DNA of 64,000 nucleotides from Spirochaetaceae bacterium (GTDB lineage: Bacteria; Spirochaetota; Spirochaetia; DSM-2461). A program made the translations under genes and the position numbers. The stretch's first letter is position 1; the number at the start of each line of letters is the position of its first letter. The notes beneath the pieces were generated by a model that had not been told where the DNA came from, made no database searches, and worked only from the letters and a program-made list of their open reading frames with translations. The DNA lies in contig JAOPTT010000017.1 of the NCBI GenBank assembly GCA_051531975.1, forward strand, positions 1-64,000, written 5' to 3'. Shown in pieces: positions 1 through 9,056 of the stretch.

Positions 1-1086
1 GGTATTGCCCATGATTTCAACAATGTTCTTGGGGGAATTTTAAATGCCTCACAATTATTAGTTATGCCACAAAGAAATCTAGATAAAAAGAGTCTTGTTT
101 GCGTAGATTTAATTAAAAAAGCAGCTGTAAGGGCTTCAGATTTAACTTCAAAGCTACTCACTTTTGGTAAAAAGAATATAAGAACAAATCTGCCCTTTAT
201 TATAGATGAAGCATTAAAAGAATCTCTTGCAATACTAAACAGCTCGATTGATAAAAGAATAAAACTTATATTGGATATAAATGTAAAAGATCAAATGATT
301 TCAGGTGATCGTTCAGGGATCGAAAATGCAATAATCAACTTAGGAATTAATGCTAGCCAAGCTATGGTAGACGGTGGTCTTCTTCATATTATTGTAGAAA
401 GAATATTTCTGGATAAAGATTATTGTAACAGTAGTGGCTTTAGAGTCACCCCTGGGAATTATGTATTTATACAGTTAAAGGATACTGGATGTGGTATACC
501 AAAAGAAAATATTAAGAGAATCTTTGAGCCATTTTTTACCACAAAATTGACTGAAAATGGTTCTGGTTTAGGGCTAGCCGCAGTATATGGAACTGTTGAA
601 GATCACAATGGTGTAATAAATGTTGAAAGTGAAGAGTCAGTAGGAACAACTTTTAATATAATGTTACCAGCAATTGATAATATGCAAAATATTAACTCTA
701 ATTTAGATGAAATAATTAAGGGGCAGGGAACAATTCTATTTGTTGATGACGAAGAGATCCACAGACAAACAGGGAAATCTATCCTGGAATCTTTGGGATA
801 TGATGTAATTACTGCAAACAATGGACAAGATGCCGTAGAAATATATAAAGCTAAATCCTTAAACATTGATCTATGTATTGTTGATATGATAATGCCAAAA
901 ATGAATGGACGTCAGGCATTTTACAATTTTAAAAAAATTAATAATGATTGTAAGATTATAATATCATCCGGATATACAGATAATGAAAACATAGATAAAT
1001 TAATTGATTCTGGATTATCCGGATTTATAAAAAAACCATATAATATTTCTGACTTTAGCCAATTAATAGATAAAGTGTTAAGATGA
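1..1086 (+). CDS. Hybrid sensor histidine kinase/response regulator, 5'-truncated by the window edge
   Basis: The frame is open from base 1 with H-box GIAHDFNN. It also shows N box NLGINASQAM, G1/F/G2 boxes (DTGCGI, FEPFFTTK, GSGLGLA) and a C-terminal REC domain (VDDE, D-MIMP, KKPY). Confidence 0.95.
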   Translation, partial: GIAHDFNNVLGGILNASQLLVMPQRNLDKKSLVCVDLIKKAAVRASDLTSKLLTFGKKNIRTNLPFIIDEALKESLAILNSSIDKRIKLILDINVKDQMISGDRSGIENAIINLGINASQAMVDGGLLHIIVERIFLDKDYCNSSGFRVTPGNYVFIQLKDTGCGIPKENIKRIFEPFFTTKLTENGSGLGLAAVYGTVEDHNGVINVESEESVGTTFNIMLPAIDNMQNINSNLDEIIKGQGTILFVDDEEIHRQTGKSILESLGYDVITANNGQDAVEIYKAKSLNIDLCIVDMIMPKMNGRQAFYNFKKINNDCKIIISSGYTDNENIDKLIDSGLSGFIKKPYNISDFSQLIDKVLR

Positions 1087-1130
1087 GATTAAATATAGAT
1101 CATTTTGACTTTAATAAAATAATGTTTTCT

Positions 1131-2084
1131 CTACTTTAAAAGTTCAATTACTAAATCTTCGTATTTTTTTCTTTCTTCCATATGGGGAGAGTGACCTGAT
1201 TTATTAAAAAATATAGTTTTCTTAATTGGAGCTTTAAGAGAATCTATAAAGTTAATAGCGACAGAAGGTATTGCAACAATATCTTCTTTTCCAAGTATAA
1301 AATACATTGGTACATAAACTTCTTTGACCTCATTGATTAAATTGATTTCCATAATTTCATTCCACAACATATCAGTTGAATAATTAAGCCCCTTCTTCAT
1401 ATTAATTCCATCTTTTATAGAATAATGAGGGGACATAACACTAATAATATATAGAAGACTGGGATTCATCGGTTTACGATTATACGAGAACCCACCAATT
1501 TTAGTCATAGCCAATCTTTGTAATTTTATATATTCCGGATAATTTTTATCATTAAAATATTCTAAACTACTGTTTATCATTTTTTTTGCTTTATTGTTAT
1601 TTTTTATATCACAGAGTTTTAAAGCTTCTTCAGTACACAGGGTCTCACTTTCAAACATATTAGCTAACTGAGCAATTCCGATGTACGATATTATTTTACT
1701 TGGAATATCTTTACATAATCGAACTCCCAATAAAGTTCCAAATGAGTGTCCAATAATATATAGTTTTTCTTTATTAAATTTTTGAAGAATCTCATCTATA
1801 ATTTTTTTTATATCATCAAGTAACAGATCAAGTGAGATATAATCTTCTATCATCTCTTCATTATATGATTTCCCAGCACCTCTTTGATCATATTGAATAA
1901 TAGTAAAATGTTCAGTTAAACTACTATTGGAATCCATAACGCTAGACATACCAATATTAGCGCCTCCTGGTCCTCCATGGAGAAATAGAATCAGAGGTAA
2001 TGATTCATCCCTAGTCTGAACAGTGTAATACTGCTTCATATTATTAATAAATGTAGAATGAAGTATTGATTTAACTTTTACCAT
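1131..2084 (-). CDS. Alpha/beta hydrolase (proline iminopeptidase-like)
   Basis: HGGPG, DQRGAGKS, nucleophile GHSFG and C-terminal SGHSPH; AGGAG RBS upstream. Confidence 0.88.
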   Translation of the reverse strand: MVKVKSILHSTFINNMKQYYTVQTRDESLPLILFLHGGPGGANIGMSSVMDSNSSLTEHFTIIQYDQRGAGKSYNEEMIEDYISLDLLLDDIKKIIDEILQKFNKEKLYIIGHSFGTLLGVRLCKDIPSKIISYIGIAQLANMFESETLCTEEALKLCDIKNNNKAKKMINSSLEYFNDKNYPEYIKLQRLAMTKIGGFSYNRKPMNPSLLYIISVMSPHYSIKDGINMKKGLNYSTDMLWNEIMEINLINEVKEVYVPMYFILGKEDIVAIPSVAINFIDSLKAPIKKTIFFNKSGHSPHMEERKKYEDLVIELLK

Positions 2085-2117
2085 TATAATCTCCTAATTT
2101 TAAGGTAATCTAAACCT

Positions 2118-2660
2118 TTAATCCTTTAATCCTTTAACAAATAACCATATAGATATAAAAATTTCATTCAACATAATTGGAGCAAATAGTATAGCTAATA
2201 TAACTGAGGGAATTGTAATATCAAAACTTTGGAATATATTCCCTGCAAATAACAGTATAACTGCAATTAATCCCCATATAGATACTGCTCTAGGTATAAG
2301 TTTTGATCTGTATAGAATTAAATAGAATATAAATGCACACAGTATAAAAACATAACTATGAGCTTCAAAAATAATTTCTCTTACTAATGCAGATGAGTCT
2401 TTAAAAAACAGATATATAAAACCTGTAATTATCATGGTGATACCTTCTAATATTTTTAAACCATAATATGAATTTATACCTCGAACATTGCTCTTAATAA
2501 AAACAGGCTTAATTAGAACCGCAATACCAATAACAGATAGTCCACTTATAACTTCACCAAGAAAAACTATAACCCTAGAGTCTGTTATACCACTTATAAC
2601 AATTAGATAAGCTAATAATATAAAAACACCTATTAATATATCTCTACTTCTATTTTTCAT
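2118..2660 (-). CDS. Multi-pass membrane protein, DUF4386-like
   Basis: Hydrophobic helices with YRSKLIPR..SIWGL and the E...IWLFVKG C-terminus typical of DUF4386. Confidence 0.65.
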   Translation of the reverse strand: MKNRSRDILIGVFILLAYLIVISGITDSRVIVFLGEVISGLSVIGIAVLIKPVFIKSNVRGINSYYGLKILEGITMIITGFIYLFFKDSSALVREIIFEAHSYVFILCAFIFYLILYRSKLIPRAVSIWGLIAVILLFAGNIFQSFDITIPSVILAILFAPIMLNEIFISIWLFVKGLKD

Positions 2661-2661
2661 T

Positions 2662-3030
2662 TTAAATCTCCTTAACTAATGATGTTAGTATAACATTCAT
2701 TTTACTAAACGCAAGTAAATGTCCTACCCCACTGATGGGAAATGTTTTAGCTAAGGGTATTTTACTTCCAATATATTTGGCCATATCACCAATACTCCTA
2801 TCCTCTACTCCGTACCAAACTTCAATACATCCATTGATTTTCTCCAGTTTTATAGGCCATTCTGCAGGAATAAAACAGTCGTATACAGACCCAGATTTAC
2901 CATTTCGATATGCTTCAAGAAAATCTACAATTAATAACTGTTGTACATCATGCCTACTATATTCTGCGTATCCAAGTTTTTTACCTGCATTTAGTATTAA
3001 AACATGATCATCTCGTAGAGTCTTAACCAT
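2662..3030 (-). pseudogene. Alpha/beta hydrolase with a large in-frame internal deletion
   Basis: The N-terminal GKKLGYAEY strand joins directly to the C-terminal WYGVED...GVGHLL segment. There is no GxSxG nucleophile and the ORF is only 122 aa. Confidence 0.65.
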
Positions 3031-4135
3031 CTTTTTCCTCCTCCATTTCTATAACAATTCGTCCTTTAGCTCGGTGGCTTAGTAGCAGATGAAGTGCTTC
3101 TTTAATAGGGTTTATCTCAAATGGAATTACCTGAGATATTGGCATTGTTAAATTGTATTTAACCGCCCTGGACAGAGCTGGATGGATAGTTTTTGAAGGA
3201 TTCATTTCTCCAAAGATATAACGGGGTCCAGAAATTCTGCCTAAAATAGATTTGTAAAAGACATGATAAAAAATTTGAAATACTTTCCCCCAGGAGAGTC
3301 TTTTTTCTCCAACAAACTTTTCAGGTCCAGTAACGGTTATATAACGGCCGGATTTTTTTAATGATTTAAAACCGGACTTTTCACCATCTATTCCACCAAC
3401 AAAATCAAAAACAGTATCGTAAAACTTCTCATTATTGATAGCAACTTCACCAAAATTACTTTTTGTATAATCAATTACTTCATCAGCACCGTAGGATCGT
3501 ACCATTTCAGCATTTTTACCACTACAAACACCTGTTACATTGACTCCAAGTGATTTAAGATATTGCACAGCCATAATTCCAAGTCCACCAGATGCTCCTA
3601 TTACTACAGCCCTATCTCCAATATTAATATTGCTATGACAAATTGCCCCCCAGGAGACACACGCTGCCATCTTGATTCCAGCAGCTTCTACAAATGAAAA
3701 AACTTCAGGCTTTAAAATTACCCTCTCTTGTTTTTGACAACAATATTCAGCCCATACACCATGTACCGGACTTTGACTTGGAATTGTAATTATACTTTGG
3801 CCAATAGTTAAACCTGAAACATTGTTACCTACTGCAACAATTATACCTGCTACCGAGGAACCCATTATATAAGGCTTCGTTTCAGAGACAACTTTTGGTC
3901 CAAAAAATCTTCCTAAAGCAGTACCTTGAGCTGCATATAATTCATCTGCATAAAGTGAAGATGCAATCATTTTAATAACAACCTCACCCTTACATGGAAC
4001 AGGTAACGGCACCTTAATCATTTTTAAGTTTTCCACGACTTGTCCAATTTGTGGCTTTCTAGTCATTGCAATAGCGTTCATTTCAGTGGATGATTTGTAT
4101 TTTTTTATTAATTCAGCAATATCTTTATTTTCCAT
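3023..4135 (-). CDS. MDR-superfamily NAD(P)-dependent oxidoreductase (quinone reductase / alcohol dehydrogenase-like)
   Basis: GroES-like N-terminus, GASGGLG dinucleotide motif, GADEVIDYT and the C-terminal RAKGRIVI. Confidence 0.88.
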   Translation of the reverse strand: MENKDIAELIKKYKSSTEMNAIAMTRKPQIGQVVENLKMIKVPLPVPCKGEVVIKMIASSLYADELYAAQGTALGRFFGPKVVSETKPYIMGSSVAGIIVAVGNNVSGLTIGQSIITIPSQSPVHGVWAEYCCQKQERVILKPEVFSFVEAAGIKMAACVSWGAICHSNINIGDRAVVIGASGGLGIMAVQYLKSLGVNVTGVCSGKNAEMVRSYGADEVIDYTKSNFGEVAINNEKFYDTVFDFVGGIDGEKSGFKSLKKSGRYITVTGPEKFVGEKRLSWGKVFQIFYHVFYKSILGRISGPRYIFGEMNPSKTIHPALSRAVKYNLTMPISQVIPFEINPIKEALHLLLSHRAKGRIVIEMEEEKDG

Positions 4136-4137
4136 AA

Positions 4138-4872
4138 TTAAACATTCCCCTCTAATAAGGTTCTCATGTCATTAGCTTCATAAAAAACCAATCCGTCTTT
4201 TTTATTATTCATCCTTAAGTAGGACTCTTCTAACATCGCTCCAGCAACAGATTCTACAGAAATTGCTTTTTGTGAGTGGGGCATTTTACTTGCTACAGAC
4301 GCAATGATATTCAATAATAGTTTTTTGAAAATCTTCACTTCAGCTCTTGCAGGTTTCATTAAATGTGATGGTCGAAATATACTTAAGTTTTTAAAACCTA
4401 GGTTTTTTACAGCTTGTTCCATCTTCCATTTTATCTTTATATATGGGAAAGTCCCTGTTTCTGAGAGACCTGAACTAGACACTATAGAAAAGTTTGGGAT
4501 TCCTGCTTTAATTGCAAGGGTAGCAGCACCAACCGTATAATCGTAATCAATTTTCTGAAACATTGGCTCATACTTCTTTTTATTGAACATTAAACCAATT
4601 AAGGTTTTTTCTGGTGAACCTAAACAGCAAAATAAAATGTCATGATCTTTAAATACTTCTATAACTTCCTTCTCACTATTTATCAGATAGTCAGAAAAAT
4701 CTTTCCAAATAATGTTGTTTAATTTAGGTGAAGGTTTTAATTCTCTTCTTGAAATTACTGATACTTTGGAATAATTGGTGGATTCTAATAATTTCTCTAC
4801 AAGATATGCTCCAACTCCCCCAGTACCACCAATAACTATTGCTCTATATTGTTTCTTTAATTTTTTTTCCAT
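4138..4872 (-). CDS. NAD(P)H-binding Rossmann protein (TIP30/YraR-like)
   Basis: GGTGGVG, FCCLGS, KIDYDY, Y-K-K..ME and IFRPS motifs. Start reassigned to ATG 4872 because AGGAGA lies just upstream and the longer ORF would overlap the sigma54 promoter. Confidence 0.82.
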   Translation of the reverse strand: MEKKLKKQYRAIVIGGTGGVGAYLVEKLLESTNYSKVSVISRRELKPSPKLNNIIWKDFSDYLINSEKEVIEVFKDHDILFCCLGSPEKTLIGLMFNKKKYEPMFQKIDYDYTVGAATLAIKAGIPNFSIVSSSGLSETGTFPYIKIKWKMEQAVKNLGFKNLSIFRPSHLMKPARAEVKIFKKLLLNIIASVASKMPHSQKAISVESVAGAMLEESYLRMNNKKDGLVFYEANDMRTLLEGNV

Positions 4873-4913
4873 TTCAAAATCTCTCCTATTTTTTTTCGTC
4901 TCTACAAAAGATA

Positions 4914-4932
4914 TTGCAAAAATGGTGCCAAG
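4914..4932 (-). promoter_or_regulatory. Sigma54 (-24/-12) promoter
   Basis: The minus strand reads CTTGGCACCATTTTTGCAA, an exact TGGCAC-N5-TTGC match, about 40 nt upstream of ATG 4872 and divergent from a sigma54 activator gene. Confidence 0.85.
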
Positions 4933-4989
4933 TCCTAAGTAGCCCATAGCGTGTCTATATGAATAGTTTTACAATTACTTGTGATATAC

Positions 4990-5005
4990 GGTAATATGCA
5001 TTACC
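4990..5005. promoter_or_regulatory. Candidate upstream activator site (palindrome)
   Basis: GGTAAT-ATGC-ATTACC inverted repeat about 60-75 bp upstream of the -24 element. Confidence 0.4.
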
Positions 5006-5009
5006 ATTT

Positions 5010-6602
5010 ATGGTAGTTATGGAAAATAAAGATTTAAGATTTTATAGAGAAGCTACACTAAGAATATGTGGAAACCTAGAAATTCATAAGGCGATGTCAG
5101 AGACATTAAAACTTTTAAAAGAGTATATGCCCATCGATGTAATGTATTTACAGGTTTATGAACATAAATTACATGCAATGCGTTCGATTGCTGAAGCGAT
5201 GGTATCCCATTGTAGATTAACAGACATTCTAATTCCAATGCCACAAATGGCTATAAGTTCTGTAGAGTCCTGGGATCCAACTGAAATACCAGATGTTCAG
5301 ATATATAACGGTGGAGATGAAGATCCAATTGCTAAAGCACTATTAAAAGCACATGGAATAGATAATGCTACTGTTATGGGCCTTTCCCTTGTCTTCAAAA
5401 ATGAGAATACATATACCCCATCTTTTCAGTTATCACCTAAAGATATAAAAAAAATGATGATCGAAGGTGACGGTATGGCAAGTATCATCCTTGTATCGAA
5501 AGGTGGAGAGAAATATACTAGGAATGATGCAGATCTTATTACCCTACTTCGGGAACCTTTTAACATTGCAGTTAGTAATGCTATGAAACATAGGGAGTTG
5601 GAACTGAACAATCTTACTCTTAAACAGGATAATCTTTTTCTAAAGAAAGAACTTAGTAAAAAATATACTGGGAATGTAATTGGTTCAGAAGGTGGATTAA
5701 AGGAGACAATGGACTTGATCCGAAGAATTGCCCCTTCACCTTCAACAATATTACTTCTTGGCGAGACTGGTGTTGGAAAAGAAGTGATCGCTCATGAGAT
5801 TCACCGCTTATCAGAAATAGCCAGTGGACCATTTATTACAGTGAACTGTGGAGCAATTCCAGATGGAGTAATTGAAAGTGAATTATTTGGACACGAAAAA
5901 GGATCATTCACTAGTGCTGATTATAGTAAAAAAGGATACTTTGAGAGGGCTCACAAAGGAACATTGTTCCTAGATGAAATTGGAGAACTACCAGAGAATG
6001 CACAAGTAAAACTATTAAGAGTTGTTCAAAGTAAAAAAATAACTAGAGTTGGTGGAACAGAAGAGATCAATTGTGATTTTAGGCTGATTGCTGCAACTAA
6101 CCGTAATTTAAAAGCAGATGTGAAAAATGGTAACTTTCGTGAAGACCTATGGTATAGAATTAATATATTTCCACTTGAGGTAAAACCACTTAGAGAAAGA
6201 AAAGAAGATATTCCACTGCTAGTGGATTTTTTCCTCAGCAAAAAGAAGATAGAGACAAACATGTCAGCAGTTCCTAAATTAAGTTCCTATGGACTAGATC
6301 AACTTCTATCCTATGAGTGGCCTGGTAATGTCCGAGAATTGGAAAATGTTATTGAGAGATCAATATTATTATCTGGAGGTGATGAACTATCTTTTGATAA
6401 CCTTGGATCGATAAACCAAACCACAAAACTATTTGATTTCTCAGGAACCATAGATGAGTTATTAAAAACTTACATAGAAATGGTTCTTAAAAAGGTCAGT
6501 AAAAAAATACATGGCCCAGGTGGAGCAGCTGAAATATTGGGAGTTAATCCTAATACTTTAAGAAATCGTATGGATAAACTAGGTATAGAATATAAAAAAT
6601 AA
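5010..6602 (+). CDS. Sigma54-dependent enhancer-binding transcriptional activator (GAF-like, AAA+, HTH; FhlA/HyfR-like)
   Basis: Walker A GETGVGKE, ESELFGHEKGSFTSA, Walker B LFLDEIGE, WPGNVRELEN, and C-terminal GAAEILGVNPNTLR. The start may be 5019. Confidence 0.93.
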   Translation: MVVMENKDLRFYREATLRICGNLEIHKAMSETLKLLKEYMPIDVMYLQVYEHKLHAMRSIAEAMVSHCRLTDILIPMPQMAISSVESWDPTEIPDVQIYNGGDEDPIAKALLKAHGIDNATVMGLSLVFKNENTYTPSFQLSPKDIKKMMIEGDGMASIILVSKGGEKYTRNDADLITLLREPFNIAVSNAMKHRELELNNLTLKQDNLFLKKELSKKYTGNVIGSEGGLKETMDLIRRIAPSPSTILLLGETGVGKEVIAHEIHRLSEIASGPFITVNCGAIPDGVIESELFGHEKGSFTSADYSKKGYFERAHKGTLFLDEIGELPENAQVKLLRVVQSKKITRVGGTEEINCDFRLIAATNRNLKADVKNGNFREDLWYRINIFPLEVKPLRERKEDIPLLVDFFLSKKKIETNMSAVPKLSSYGLDQLLSYEWPGNVRELENVIERSILLSGGDELSFDNLGSINQTTKLFDFSGTIDELLKTYIEMVLKKVSKKIHGPGGAAEILGVNPNTLRNRMDKLGIEYKK

Positions 6603-6622
6603 TTTTAAAAAGTCTGAGACAT

Positions 6623-7147
6623 CTAAAAAATTACACTTTTTGTCTCTTGTAAATTAGCAAATCTATTACCAATAATATAATTGTGGTGCTTTATAACATC
6701 TTTTGCCTAAATTGCTGGATTATCCCAGGTTGTATGAGCATCTGATACAAGCACATTATTTTTATACCCATGACTATAGGCACTTCTAACTGTTGTATCT
6801 ACACAAAAATCAGTTTGCATCCCTGCTATAACAAGCTTATCTATATTAAGTTTATTTAGTTCATTTTTCAAATCTGTATCTAAAAAAGAGTCCCATGAAT
6901 ATTTTGGAATGATAACTTCTCCATCTATAGGTTTTATATCATTATGGATCTGTCTAGAGTCCTCTCCTACCTTAAACGGCCCTTCTTTTTTATCAGTATG
7001 TTGAATAAAAATTACAGGTATAGATTCTACTCTCGCTTTATTTAAAAGGAATTTAATGTTTTCTAGAACTTCATCTTTTTTATATACTCCACCATCGTGG
7101 GTAAACATTATATTTTGAACATCTATTATTAATAATGCTACTTTCAT
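6623..7147 (-). pseudogene. Isochorismatase-family cysteine hydrolase interrupted by an in-frame TAG at 6707-6709
   Basis: ALLIIDVQN, GMQTDFCVDTTVR and DAHTT motifs. After the TAG the frame continues AKDVIKHHNYIIGNRFANLQETKSVIF*, giving about 174 aa, a normal length. GGAGG RBS before ATG 7147. Confidence 0.75.
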
Positions 7148-7221
7148 TTTTGTTACCTCCATATTATTATTATCCTATATTAACATTATTAACATAAAAT
7201 TAAAAAAGAGGATTATATAAA

Positions 7222-8079
7222 ATGAATATTACACAATGCAGTAAAAAACCGCTGTTTCTATTTTTAATATTAACAACAATTTTCTCAACACTATGTTATT
7301 TCTTTGCATTTTCTAGTGAGACAAACCTAACTGGAGGATTTTTCCTATTACAATTTTCTCCAGGGGTTTCTGCCATATTAACCAAACTTTTTTTCCAGAA
7401 GAATTTAAAAGGCCTAGGTTGGAAATGGGGAAAACTTAAATATCAACTTATTAGTTGGTCCCTTCCTTTTATTATTTGTCTTATTAGCTTTGGACTAGTT
7501 TGGATAATGGGATTTGGTGCATTTGGCAATGAGTCTTTTATTTTAGAAGCTCAAACTGGTCTTGCCAAAACATTTAATTTAAATATTGAATCACCTGTTC
7601 TAATCATGATAATACTAATAGTAGTTAATAGTACTATCGGTTTATTAATAGGGTTTGCTGCTATTGGTGAAGAGATCGGATGGCGTGGTTTTCTAGTAGT
7701 AGAACTTAATAAACATTTTAATTTCACTAAGACGTCTCTTATAAGTGGTATTTTATGGGGATTATATCACGTGCCCCTGCTAATAATTATTGTAGTACCT
7801 AAACTAAATGTTTCTATATGGCCTCTACTGCTTTTTACTCTAACCAGTAGCATTGGACTTAGCTGTATAATGGCTTGGTTACGTATTAAATCAGGAAGTG
7901 TATGGACTGCAGTTATATTTCATGCTGCCCTAAATATTCATATTCAGGGATTTTTCCAAAACTTAACTTCCCAGACTTCAAGCCTTACAAATTACATATC
8001 AGGAGAACAAGGACTAATGATGGCACTAATAACTTTAGTAATAGCCTCTATATTTTGGAAAAAAAGGAATTTATTATGA
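7222..8079 (+). CDS. CPBP (Abi/CAAX) intramembrane glutamic endopeptidase
   Basis: EEIGWRG, WGLYH and SVWTAVIFHAALN motifs in a multi-pass membrane protein. Confidence 0.92.
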   Translation: MNITQCSKKPLFLFLILTTIFSTLCYFFAFSSETNLTGGFFLLQFSPGVSAILTKLFFQKNLKGLGWKWGKLKYQLISWSLPFIICLISFGLVWIMGFGAFGNESFILEAQTGLAKTFNLNIESPVLIMIILIVVNSTIGLLIGFAAIGEEIGWRGFLVVELNKHFNFTKTSLISGILWGLYHVPLLIIIVVPKLNVSIWPLLLFTLTSSIGLSCIMAWLRIKSGSVWTAVIFHAALNIHIQGFFQNLTSQTSSLTNYISGEQGLMMALITLVIASIFWKKRNLL

Positions 8080-9056
8080 ACATATTAAAAATAATTATTA
8101 TAAATATTTTAATATCTGCAGTTATATATTTAGTAATAGCATTAAGTTTGGTAATTATAAATGGTAAGAAAAAAGATGATTCGACAGGTAATAACTTAAA
8201 GTTTGATGAACTTAAATTTGACTATAAAAACCTTCCAGAAACCCAAACATATCAAACCCGGGACCAACATAATTTAAACTATCGTTATTACCCCTCTGAT
8301 TCACAGAATGTAATAATTTTGATCCATGGCTCAGGATGGCATAGTAAATATTTTCTTCCACTAGCTAATAACATTAGTAGTAATAATTCTGCACATGTTT
8401 ATACACCGGACTTACGTGGTCATGGTAGTAATCCAGAAACAAGAGGTGATATAAAATATATAAATCAATTAGAAGATGATATATTCGATCTAGTTCAATT
8501 CATTAAAATAAAACACCCAGGTTCAAAGATAATAATTGCAGGACACTCCTCGGGTGGAGGACTAGCTGTAAGATATGCAGGAAGTAAATATGGAAAAGAA
8601 GCTGATGCTTTTTTACTTCTATCCCCGTATTTAAAATACAATGCACCAACAATGAGAGCTAATTCTGGAGGTTGGGCCTCTACTCATATGCCAAGAATTA
8701 TTGGTCTGTCCATGTTAAATAATATTGGTATACGTATTTTTAATAGTTTACAAGTTATCGATTTTAATATGCCAATGGAGTACCGTGATGGAACAGAAAC
8801 CCTATCCTACTCTTACAGATTAAATACAGGGTATGCCCCTGGGAATTATGAAAAAGATCTATCTTCAATAAAACAAAAATTATTAGTTCTTGCTGGTAAT
8901 GCAGATGAATCTTTCAAAGCTGAAGAGTTTTATCCAGAAATCTCAAAGTATAAGCCAGATGTCGATGTTCAAATAATAGAGAATGTAACCCATATGGGAA
9001 TAGTAATCGAATCTGAAGTTGGTACAATTGTAACAAGTTGGCTAGACGATATTTAA
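8076..9056 (+). CDS. Membrane-anchored alpha/beta hydrolase (lysophospholipase-like)
   Basis: N-terminal TM helix, HGSG, DLRGHG and GHSSGG. ATGA overlap with the upstream stop supports start 8076. Confidence 0.85.
   Translation: MNILKIIIINILISAVIYLVIALSLVIINGKKKDDSTGNNLKFDELKFDYKNLPETQTYQTRDQHNLNYRYYPSDSQNVIILIHGSGWHSKYFLPLANNISSNNSAHVYTPDLRGHGSNPETRGDIKYINQLEDDIFDLVQFIKIKHPGSKIIIAGHSSGGGLAVRYAGSKYGKEADAFLLLSPYLKYNAPTMRANSGGWASTHMPRIIGLSMLNNIGIRIFNSLQVIDFNMPMEYRDGTETLSYSYRLNTGYAPGNYEKDLSSIKQKLLVLAGNADESFKAEEFYPEISKYKPDVDVQIIENVTHMGIVIESEVGTIVTSWLDDI

Noticed and set aside
7902..8075. N-terminal extensions given by the ORF track (7902, 4947, 52200, 42186, 39977, 36560)
   Set aside because: They overlap upstream genes or promoters, and downstream ATGs have better RBS or coupling and match family N-termini.
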